Assembly (NCBI GenBank): GCA_964199315.1
Contig: OZ116698.1
Span: 10,416,001 to 10,480,000, forward strand
DNA from: Orbicella franksi
Lineage: Eukaryota
Length of the DNA stretch: 64,000 nucleotides
Reading direction: 5' to 3'
The translations under genes were made by a program, and so were the position numbers. How positions within the stretch are numbered: position 1 is the first letter of the stretch; every line of letters starts with the position of its first letter. Below, in pieces: positions 36,166 to 47,809 of this stretch. Below the pieces are notes generated by a model. The model saw only the letters and a list, made by a program, of their open reading frames with translations, was not told the origin of the DNA and searched no databases.

Positions 36166-39100
36166 TCACTCGTCGGATAAAAGGGCAAATGGATTAGAGG
36201 AGACGACGTCAGTTTCCTCCCCTTCCTGTTCGTCGTCTCCGTCACTACTTGGTCTCTCACTTCTCCTGCCCGTACCCGGGGGAGCAAGTAGATGGGATGA
36301 AAATTCGTCTGCTTCATTTTCCTGTTGCCGTAACCGTCTGCTTTCCGAGTGTCTTTCTTGAAGAAGGGCAATCTCCTTTGTTTCGGGGTGATTCTGCCAT
36401 TCAGCTGTTAAGAAAATTAAGGCATTATGTGACTTTTCCTTACCTAGCCTGCGTCGCAAACGCTACCTACCACACGTGCAATCGATTACATGTTTTTCCG
36501 CGGCTACGGTCAGCTTGAAGTTTTCTCCCGCACCTTATATACTAGCTGCATGCGTTTCCGCGATTGCAGGGGTCACTGAGTACAATTGAGCTTCGAGCGG
36601 ATTGATTAAAATTACTATTTATAGTCAAAGAGACCGAAATGCTGTAGTGACCCGCTCTGTGATAGAATCAACTAATGTAAATTGTCTTGATGTGGAAACA
36701 AGTCCTTAGAAATGACATGAAAAGAAATGCATGCAGAAACTTAGAGGTGATGATATCAGAAGTTTCGAGTTTGGAAATGAAAGGAATAACTGACCTTTTT
36801 TTGAAATGAAACCTGGCGGATATACACACATCACGATCTTTCCATCTACCGCCAGTCGTAAGAGACTATTGGCTACGAAATAAACCAAAAGACACATTAT
36901 TTTAACGGCTTCGCTCTAAAATCCCCCGCGTGAGCAGAGTAGAGAGACATAATACATCACAGATTACTATCGCATTGACAGGTGCACAAACAAGGGGCGT
37001 TTTCCTGCATAATATCTCCAAGGGCCAACTTGTTAGTATGTAAGCGGTGCATCCGAGGAGTTCCCGAAGAGTTCCCGAAGAGAGTCCGATTCTTTATTTC
37101 GAATCAGAACTACTATGCCAACTTCCGTCACTTTATTACCGCGACGCACTTCGCGTGACTAAGCAACACCCCTATTGAATATTGCAGGCTCAGCCAGTGA
37201 TTGAGACTGAGACTTAACTGAAGAGTTTCCTGCATTTCTTCTTTCTCCGATTTTCGAAACCTACCTGCTCGATATACATCGGTGCGACCCGCCTTTGCTG
37301 TCAGGAAACCCCTTTTATGGGCCCAGGCTGCGATAAACAAAAAAATGTATGTTAGGAGGAAGCTATTCATCAACTTGCAGTTCAGCTGATACTGGTAAAA
37401 TTAACAGTGTCTGAAGTGAAGCACTCAGTAATTTATCATCTTGCGTTCGATAAAGATGAATTAACAGCCGTAACCAGTTTATGAAGCTGACATTCTGGCC
37501 CGAGTTGTTCGAAAGGTGGACAACGCTATCCACCGGATAAATCACCATCCAGTGGATAGCGTGGTTTGTTTTGTCAACATTTATCCACTGAATACCGATT
37601 TATCCGCTGGATAGCGTTATCAAGACTTCGAAAAACCGGACCCTCAACGTTGGCCCGGCCTCGTCAGAGCTTCGCCTTGCTTTAGCACTGACGAAAGGCT
37701 AACGCTCAAAACTTCACATACTTGCTACGGCGGTTAAGTTCAAGTTGACAAATGGCTAAGTGTTTCTCTCGCCCGCCGATGCAGCACAACAGTATGTCAC
37801 TACAAACACTGTTCGAAACAAGAAGCACTGTTCGCAGAAGTCAATTTGTGGCTTCACCTTACCATCACACACATCCCAAGCTGACCAAGGGTGGTTTTCA
37901 TCCCCTACGGCCCCTCCCTCGTCATCAGAATCAGCTCTATTCAACGGGTGTACCAACTGCAAGAGATCAACTAGGGGTACTCTAGCAGCTAAATATCCCA
38001 CAGCAGTGTAGGGCTCTTGTACTTGTGAGATGGGATACATTCCAGACAGTATCTAAAGTTAAGACAGCAAAGTAACCGCGGTAAGATCACTTGCGGTGTT
38101 AAGGGCAGTTGCGATTTCATATTTTACATTCTGGGCTCGAGGTGCTCTATGGCATATTACTTTGCGATAACCGTCCTGCGTACAGTCAGACAAATAAGCA
38201 ATGAATTCATAATATCACACGGCACGACACGGCACGAAACGACACGACACGACACGACACGACACGGCACGACACGACACGACACGACACGACACGACAC
38301 GACACGACACGACAAGACAAGACAAGACAGAAAAAGACATGACACGACACGACACGACACAACACAACACACGACACAACATAACATTTAATTACAGTGG
38401 CCAATTGGCCAGCGGATCCTCTTCCTCCAGCCCGACCCGTTGAACTTCGAAGACTAACTCAATTTTCTCACACTGAACCAAGGCTACTCAGGAACCTCAA
38501 GTCGCCGTAATTAGGAGTGGCATGAGGCGAATAAAGACTACTTAAGAACATAAACGCACTGTAAACATAAGCTGTTTTAACAATCACCCAAACGTTACTA
38601 AAGCATACCTGTAGTTGTTTTCCAACAACAGAGGGGAATACTAATCCAGGACAGTCACACAGCCTGACATTTGCTGTTAGAAATATGGTCTGGAAGTGTT
38701 TGGTGTGACCGGGCGTACGAGATGTGCTCACAACCTGTTGAGGATGAAAAAATACACGACCTTGAAGGACCACAAGTGGAGAGAAGTAGAAAGCAAGAGA
38801 ATTGGAAGGTACAAACCTTGTGTCCAACAAGGCCATTAAGAAGAGAAGATTTTCCAACATTTGGATGCCCTAAAATAACAGTCAAACAGGATTAAAGATT
38901 TGATATTCAAGACAAACAAACGCGACCAACTTCTATCACCTTCCAAAAAGGGCAGTTCATGCTCTTATTTGGACTAACACTGCAAACGAAGGACATGGAG
39001 GCGAAATTTGCACGCGGTGACCTGCAGGTATTACAGGCACATCAGGGAAAAACTTTCACCGCTCTTTCCCTTCAGTACTCAACGATCCCCAAACGATGTT

Positions 39101-42100
39101 TGTGTGCTTGTTTTGTTTTTCTTGTTGGACGTTCCTTGAGTACCGGTACAGGGTAGTTCCACGAAAAATTGTAGTGTAATTGTGTTATTGCGCACTAACC
39201 TACTAAGCCTAACGTCAAGATATTCTCGTTGTGCTCTACATCTTCAAAACTACCGCCTTCCTCCTCTGCAACGAAGAAAACACAACAGATCTTGAAGCCA
39301 GCAGTGTTGGCAATCCAACCTCCAAGTGCAATTGTTTGATAAGTGACGAGTGAATGAGATAGAGCCAAGATATACCTTCAGACTCGTCAGAACTGCCATA
39401 GTCATCATAAAGAATTCCTTCTTCCTCTCCTTTTTCTTGTTCACTGAGTTTTCTCGCCCAGCTGCTAAGGTCGACTGAATAAGGATAAATCGTGATAGAT
39501 CAAAGAAAAAAGTTGATGAACGAATCAGCCCAAAATACATTAATTTTACAAAGAAAAAATTGATTCCAGGATAATTGATTGGAATTAACATCACAAGAAA
39601 AGAATACCTACATTTTGTAGGAATGTATTTGTTTCTTATTTTTACAAAATTACATCTTTTACTCCAAATATCATATTTAAATGTCCACTTAACTCCAGAA
39701 GCAGAACACTACATACTTCTATCTCCACGTAAATTTTCACAAGCTTCAAGAAGAGCCCTGGGTCCAACAGGAAAGAAACCTCTCTTGCGACGGCGACGCT
39801 TTGATAAAACTGTTATTGGGAGAAAAAATCAAATTGAAAGTCAATGCTAATTTGTCTACAGTGGGTCCATCTGCAGTGTATTCAAATGAACTTGTGCTAT
39901 TGAACTACCCCTATCGTTTAGACTCTCCCTCACAAATAATGAGCTCTTGTGAACAAACAGGGGCATCTTTCTCATATAAGAGGGTCTCAATGCCATAGAG
40001 GTAACCTTTGACAGTTGGTGGTTAATAAAATATAACTTTTTGATGGTCAATACTTCAATTTTCAGTTGTTGAGTTTTGTTATTTGACAGTTGACGGTTGA
40101 TTTTTAGACCATTTTATGGTTGATGGTTAACCCCACTGAGAGCCTGATATAAGGTCTCCTTCAAAGAGAATTACTACCAATGAATAAACTGGCTTGCCCA
40201 AGAACACAGTATAATCACCCCAGCCAGGGCTCATGCCTGTACTGCTTGATCTGGAACCCAGGCCACTTACTAATGGCTGCTGCATCTCCTACAAGATCAT
40301 TCTTGACTGGCTAAATATCATTACAATAAGCACTATCAGCCTTGTACAATGTTGAAAAGTTCACTACCTTTGCTTGGATCCTTCTTGCGCTCATTCTCAT
40401 CCTTAGGAAATGATGTAAAACACACAACTTTGAGATGTTCAAACTTGGATTTAAAGTACTGCTTCCAAGCTGTCACTACCTCAGGAGGCACAAGATCAAT
40501 CTGCAGCAAATTAACAGCCAGGCAGTGAGTGAGTTATTTAACTTAAGCGCTGAATTACTGGCTGATTTTTTTTTTCTGTCAACCCATGTGCACACAATAA
40601 AAGTGCATCTGATTCAATAGGTTTTCACTTTTAATATCACCATCCTCTTCAGAATTTCCAATAATGCTGGGGTGGGTATGGATTTTTCCTGTAACTGCAT
40701 TCACTTTGCTGACCAGCACACTTCACAGTGGAGAGGAGCACTGCGAAAGCAACGCACTAGCCTAGAAACACAACTCTAATAAAATTAACCTTTGGCCTCT
40801 GCACATCCCATCTGTTTTGTTACCTTATTTAAGACTAACACTAATTCCTTCTTCAGATCCTGCACAACATGATTGTGCACAGTTGGAGGGAAATGGAGAA
40901 CCTAGTTGCAGAGACAATGAAAGAAATCATAAGGTAAAAATAATTAGTAGAATTCTACTAGTATACTAATGCAAATGCTGCAATCTGATTGGCTGAGCTA
41001 CTCGTATGCTATCAGCCATTAGAGTGCAGTGGCTTTGGGTCCTCCATGAAATGCAAAATCTTTATCCCCTTTCTGAAGTTTTGGAAGAAAGTTTAGATGT
41101 AAATGGCTAATTCAATTCCTGAGAGGACTAAACAAAGGACATTAACAGTTTCTTGACTCTAAAAATTTGAAATTATAGAAAAAACTGATGCACGCGCACA
41201 CACAACTTCAATTTTAAATGACAATTCAATCCGAGCAACCTTTTTCAGGTGCAAAGCTTAATAATATGTCAAGAAATAATTGGAAACAGTTATTTGAAGT
41301 AAATTTTAGTAAGAATTGTACTGAAACAATTAGATTATTAGCTCTCGATTTCTATGAGGTGATAGTTGATTTGGCCTTCCGCCCCATTAACTATCACCTC
41401 ATAGAAATCTCAAGCTCATAATCTAATTGTTAATTAGAAACAATAATATGCATGGGCAACACAATACTAATTATTGTGTATGGCTAATTAAGTCAATTTA
41501 ACAGGTCAAAACTTACCGGATGTCGAATATCTGTTATAAGAACAACTATGTCTGAAACTTCTAACACTCGCCAAAGCTGTCTCCAGGTCTGTAATATAAA
41601 ATTGAAAATATATTAATTTAATCAATTAAAATACCCTTTATTAATAAATACATTAATTTCAAGCAGTACTATGGTGATACAAGCCCCAAACGAGTTCAGA
41701 AATTGTCTGTCATGTTCTGTTTGCTGATTAATTAAGGAACATTCATAAATATTATTTTCCTTGCTATCTAACTAGTCTACTTCAAAACTTTTATTTAGTT
41801 GGGCATGGGAACTTACATGTTGCGTTACTCAAATTTTTACCTCCAATTAAGGAATATTTATAAATATCATTTCCCTTGCTGTCTAACCGGTCTGCTTCAA
41901 AACTTTTATTTAATTGGTCATGTGAACTTACATGTTGCATTACACAAATTTTTACCTCCAAGTTACGTTCAAAGTAACTCAGTTCAGAGAGCTTATATTC
42001 ATCATAAATCCTGTCCAAGAAGTTTTCAAACATTTCTCGCTCAGATCTCTCCACTTGTTCCTTGCTCATGCTGTATTTCCAAGGTGGCCTTTTAGGCATG

Positions 42101-44367
42101 TCCAGCACTAGGAATGTCAATTTAATTGTCAACACATGAACATGTAAATCTAATTATGAAGTATTAATATTAATTCTAATTTCAATCGGTCATTTTATAA
42201 TTCTCCTTGCTTACACTTAATCAAAATTAATCAAGAGTAAGCACATCAAGGCAATCGAGGATTTATAAACTTTCTATCTCAGTTCTTACAGTGAAGAAAA
42301 ATTCCTCCCCTTGGATTTTCGAATAAATCACCTTGACGTGGGTATCTGCATATATTTTCTTGAACCACAAATTGTACTTAGGATTATGTCAGTGGCAGGC
42401 AAATTGCCACCAAGCTAAACAAAAACATGCTGTATCAACAATGCATACCTTGGGATTTACTGTGACTTGCATCTACTTTCCCAAGACTTCACTCCTGAAT
42501 TGTTTTTTAACCACAAAAGCCTGCTATGTTTCAGAGCTTTCTATGGTTCATGTTCTCCATTTATCATTTACAATTCATCATTATTACCAGACCTTTAACA
42601 AATTATTTGTACATACCTGATCCAGGCTTGTAAGTAGTTTCAAGACTAACTTCCAGGTGTTCCTAGAATTAATGTCATTTGATCCCTAAATATAATTCAA
42701 TAAACCTTGAACATTACAATTTTGCCATGAAAAGCCAGACAATGACTTTGAACATGCTTTAACATCGAATGTGACAAAATATATTACATTTTGTTTTAAA
42801 GATGTTATAGACATGGATTCACAGTAACATAACTCTTGACAGTTGAGAAGGTTTTCCACAAACTTCTCAACAATGAGCTGCCTCTTTCTTCAACATTTTG
42901 TCTCTATTTACAGCCTAATTTTAAACATACCTCTGAGACATATTTCAGGGGTTCTTGTGCTGCCTTTTTTCTGGCTTCAATTTCACCCTTAGATTCACGA
43001 TCAAACTGCAAACAATATCTAAAAATATAAATATAGCACTTGTTAATAATAGAAACACGATAGTAGAGGGTTTGAACCAAGGAGTGCCTGCAGTTTTTCT
43101 AGTGTGGTCATCTGGGTGAGGGTAGTTCTGAAAAGAACTGTTTTTGGTGATGGATGTTTCAACCGCTGGAGCAGAAGTGAAGTGTTTGTCACCTGATAGA
43201 GTTATAAATCTGGTCCATTGAAACTGATTGGGGTTGTTCAGCTATGATGTTACCGGCTATTTACTGGTGATAAAAGACTTGTGTAAAGTTACTGGTCAGT
43301 ACAGAACTTTTTTCTAGTAATTTTCAATCCGTCCATTGTCAGTTTTGCTTGCTAAACGTTTATTATAATTACTACTATTATTTCGGCTGCTAAATCATAT
43401 AATCTTTAAGTTAATAAATGGTAACTTCAAGAAATTATAATTTTTATATGCTATAGTTAGAGAAAAAGTGTAGCATATAAAACTCTATTTTAACTTTGGT
43501 CCTTTAGCAAAGAAAGCCTGAAAAATAAGAATATGTTTGTATTCATATCTGAAAGAAGTAATAAGTTGGACTACTAACTGAACTGGATATTGTAAATGAT
43601 ATGTACCCTAAAATAACATAATGATAACACTAACAGGGATTTAATTAACGACCTTTTCCTCAATCCCAAATCATTGAGGACAAGTTATACTCTACAATCC
43701 CCTTTACGTTTGGTTACATACATATACTAAGCTTAAACTGCTTGCAACACCTCTTTTTGAATAATAGTTTTTCACAGCACGCCTGAGCAACTCTAAAAAC
43801 CTCAAGAAGGGCAATTAAATCAGGACATATATTGTCATTTCGAAAAAAATCAAGGAAGGTCCATTTAATTGCGTTTACTCTCCGTACTTTGAAACTTAGC
43901 AAAATACTCGAAGGTAGCGAGTACCTGTTTGGGTCATGTTTTCTGTTTTTGTCTTGAAGATGAGAAACCGGTTGATAGTGAAGTTTATTAGCAGCTGCTG
44001 TGTTTTTGTCGAGTGACTTCTCTCCTATCTCCGATTCTTCCTCGCCTTCTGTATCCGCTGAGTTTCCGTTTGAAGACTTGTTTTCTTCGTCTGAAATTAA
44101 CGCCATGTTTGGTTTAATCATTCAAAAGAAGTTTAAAACCACTTATGCAATTAGACTGCTAAACAGAACTAGACAAAAATCAGTTCATAACAGCAGAGCA
44201 ATTAAAAAAGACAAGATACCAAATATTGTACATTATATTTGTACATGTTTGATACAGTCAAGCCCTTTGGATGTAAACATACCAAAGTTTTTCACCCGTT
44301 TCTTTTCCCGTTTCTCCTGTAATTGCTTCTTTTTCTGCTTATTACTAAAAGGTTTTTTTCGTGGCAT
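36166..44367 (-). CDS. GNL1: Guanine nucleotide-binding protein-like 1 (circularly permuted GTPase), 608 aa
   Basis: 17 phase-consistent exons: 44367-44283, 44090-43925, 43018-42931, 42662-42617, 42107-41956, 41588-41517, 40901-40824, 40500-40368, 39809-39717, 39474-39376, 39265-39200, 38869-38817, 38734-38609, 38052-37863, 37327-37265, 36872-36795, 36404-36166 (1827 nt). Motifs MPRKKPFS.KQKKKQLQ, ERNLETWRQLWRV, LVLNKID (G4), GHPNVGKSS (G1), SRTPGHTK (G2), DCPG (G3), NPFALL. Confidence 0.97.
37495..37643. mobile_element. MITE with internal TATCCA/TGGATA repeats
   Basis: Termini CTGGCCCGAGTTGTTCGAAAG / CTTCGAAAAACCGGACCC. Repeated ATCCACCGGATA-like units inside. Confidence 0.7.
38217..38380. 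repeat. (CACGA)n pentanucleotide microsatellite with CAAGA and CACAA variant blocks
   Basis: About 32 units read directly in a GNL1 intron. Confidence 0.95.
41325..41431. repeat. 107-bp palindromic repeat; half-copy at about 56310-56345
   Basis: AACAATTAGATTAT..GATTTCTATGAGGTGATAGTT / AACTATCACCTCATAGAAATC..ATAATCTAATTGTT. Apex GGCCTTCCGCC. Confidence 0.85.
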
Positions 44368-44601
44368 TTTCCAGTATGTTTTTAAACCATAACAATGAAG
44401 TTTTCAATTTATTTAAATCACATCGACTAACCTCGTCGTGTAAGAACCCTTGAAGCTTGGTAACCCTGTTCTCTGAATGGAGGCGAATGTAAAGTCAAGA
44501 TGGCGGAACAAGCAAACTGAACTGAAGTATTTTTCGTAACGTTTTAGTCTTAATTGAGCTTCGCGCTAGGCGTTGCTTCGTTAAAATTTTGTTTTAAAAA
44601 G

Positions 44602-47066
44602 ATGGTGAGTAAGAATTGTTTCGAATTTCAATGTTTTTAGATTTCTATTAGTACTTTTATTCATGTATGCAAAGGCATAAACAACCGAAAACTTTGTTTC
44701 TCCAATGTGGAATTTGCAGTCTGTCACATTACACACTGATTTAGGGGACTTAAAAATCGAACTTTTCTGCGAGGATACTCCTAAGGCGTCGGAGGTAAGG
44801 ATCTTTTACCATCCTCACTGTAGTAAAATTCTCGCTTTGACTTCAATGTTGGTGTTGCAATTGAATAAATGAACGCAAGACTTAAGACTTATCTGAAACT
44901 TACCACAAGTCACCAACAGCTGCCAGTAATCTTTGATTACCCAGAAAATGCTAGAACAACAGGTTTAGGCAAATGATTTTATAACAAGCATTTTCATTAT
45001 TATCTTTTGCAGAACTTTCTTGCTCTTTGTGCAAGCAACTACTATGACAACTGTCTTTTTCATAGGTGAGTTGACAGAAACGGTCAGAAACGGTATATGA
45101 ACTGGCAGGGTCAGGAAGTGTCTTATGCCCCATCAACACCAACTAAACTAGTTTAACTATATCAGTTTTAGGTTTTTCCACTTTGTTAATTAGCTTTGCA
45201 GTCATTTTGAGAAGACAAATTTTAAACCACCTTGGTAATATATTTCAGTCAAACAGGTTTTGCCTTGTTTAGTTGTGGGGTGTGCAGGGTATGAGCAGCT
45301 AATAATTTTTTGACCTTGTTTAGTTAAACCACTTTTAAACATTTTTAATATGTTGGTGTGAATGGGTTATTAGAAGAATTGTTATGATCGTGCATACATT
45401 AATTTGCACTCCAGTACAAATTAAAAATTAATGATAAGTTGACTTGCTCTGTGCCAATCACAATGAAGTAATTAAATTTCCTCTGTCATAATTCTCTACT
45501 CTGAATAATTTAAGAGCAGACTGACATCATAATAAATCCATCCATAGCATTGAAATGTTTGGTCAAACTTGCGAATACATGTAATAAAGCTTTGCCTGCC
45601 GTAAAATAACTTATCAACTTTATAAGATATCCATTCTTTGAAATTGTAACCAGGACTTAAATAGTAAAGGTCAACAATCTTTTTATAAAGTAATATTTGT
45701 TTCCCTGGTGTATTGTTTTTTAAAACAAAATGGTTTGAGTGTTATTCTGTTTTGGTCCTCAACAGAAATATTAAAGGTTTTATGGCACAAACTGGAGATC
45801 CTACAGGTCTGTGATTTATATTAAAGTAATTAAAATTCTGGATTGCAGATTATTTAGAATCAGTTATCTCTTTTGAACTGTTATTTAAGACTGTTCTGTT
45901 CTTATCTGACAGGAACTGGAAAAGGAGGAAAAAGCATCTGGGGAAAGAAATTTGCAGATGAACTTAGCCCAGCACTTCGGGTTAGTGTGAAACTATGTTA
46001 CCGGTATATCTGCCTTGCCAGATGTGAAAGATTTTACACAGTCTTGATGGGTTTGAAAAGGCTGAAATAACAAGCAAATCTCAGTAGTAGGAAACCAGTC
46101 TAACAGGTCATTTGTGGTAATGTCTTATTATTTCTAATTTCACGAGAGCACAAAACATGACTTTAAGTCTGGAATTTGCACAAGGAAAACACTGGACAAT
46201 ATCTCTCTCACACTATCAGACATTTTAATGTTCACTGTCACTGCCTTTTTAACCATCATGCATACATTTTTTTTTTAATTAAAACCCTTGGTGCTGGCCA
46301 AAACTCTGTCAGACTTGTTAAAATATACAACACAACTTCACACTAGAACATTTAATATGTTTATGCTGGTGGAGAATTCAGAGATACATCCATGCATTGT
46401 TGTTTATGTAATTTATTCCAATATCACCTACCGCCAGCATAATGCAAGAGGAACAGTATCAATGGCAAACAGTGGACAAGACACAAATGGATCACAGTTC
46501 TTCATCTGTTACGGCAAGCAGCCACACCTTGACATGAAGTACACAGTATTTGGAAAGTAAGTTATCACTTATCGCAATAGTAAAATAACATTTATTATTT
46601 ATAGTTGTTTGAACAAAGGTCAAAGTGTAGCTATCATTAATTATTTTGTCATTACAAGACTTTGTAGGTATACAGTAGGTATACAGTCAGGTTCTAGAAA
46701 ACCCACAGCAGCCAATGTTCTTGGTAAAAATAGTAAGAGCTTTTAATACCCACCATTGGAAGAAGTCTGTGTTGCCAGCCATGCAATGTTTCCTTCCCAC
46801 TGAGAGGGATATAAAGATGGCATGATGAGCCAATATACAAATCTTTTCAAGAGACTATGTCATTGCCTTTTATTACAATGTCAACTTGTTTTAAAAAGGT
46901 AATTTGCTGTCACCTGTCTATCTTTTTCAGGGTGATCGACGGTTTAGAAACATTAGATGATTTAGAGAAACTGCCAGTGAATGAGAAAACATATCGCCCA
47001 CTTACTGAAGTGCAAATAAAGAACGTAACAATCCATGCAAACCCTATAGCAGATCAGAGTGGTTAA
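44602..47066 (+). CDS. PPIL3: Peptidyl-prolyl cis-trans isomerase-like 3 (cyclophilin), 164 aa
   Basis: Exons 44602-44604 (ATG only), 44720-44794, 45013-45065, 45766-45806, 45913-45980, 46438-46556, 46931-47066 (495 nt). [98 protein letters not shown]. Confidence 0.97.
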
Positions 47067-47809
47067 CCTTATCAAATAACAATGCAGGGTTTAGTTGAAT
47101 ACAACTCAGGAGCACTTCTGCCTAAGGAGATCAGAAACATTCTCAGAGAAGTTTCAAAATCAGTGTGTGCTTCTCACTTGAAAATGCAAGAGTCTGAACA
47201 GTAGTGTTTGAGGTTCAAATAGTTTATTTTGAAGCAAGTCTTTTATCATGTAACATTTATAGACACAGTATACAATGACTATTGCCTTTCTTAAAATGTT
47301 CATCTCGCCAGCTAGAGATGACTCACTCCAATCAATAATGCTACAATCTTGGCCTTGTGATAACTTGCCTTAAAAATAGTTCAGGCAGGTCTCTCTTGCA
47401 TTCCATTTGGTGCTGTCTGCTTACAGTGGCCTTGTTGAACTGAAGATGTTTTTTAGAAAATGATTTAAAAAACAGAAGTACTGTACATGAAAATGGGATC
47501 CAGCATTTTTCTCTCATGATAGCATTCTCACTTCTCTATTATTTTGATGCAATAAAGAAGAATTTGTCTTATTGTGTATATCTGAGTCTTTTGTTGACAG
47601 TCTCCCAAAAGGCGTTCCTTGGTAAAAACACTGATGAAGCAAAAAGAATTTCAGCCATGATTCCTGTGCATATCACTGTCTCCATGCACACCTTTTCATC
47701 ATCAATTGCACAGGCTTGTATCAAATCCTGATGTACTGTACATTCAATACATTTTGTTCCTACTTTCTTGAGTGCTTCACAAATCTCTCTGGGAGCTAAT
47801 AAGTGTACG

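Noticed and set aside
38149-38404. ORFs made of TRHDT / CRVVS repeats
   Set aside because: Translations of the (CACGA)n microsatellite.
43100-43180. Penelope-like 3' fragment with a possible hammerhead on the minus strand
   Set aside because: GAAAC is present but the CUGANGA core is missing in this copy.
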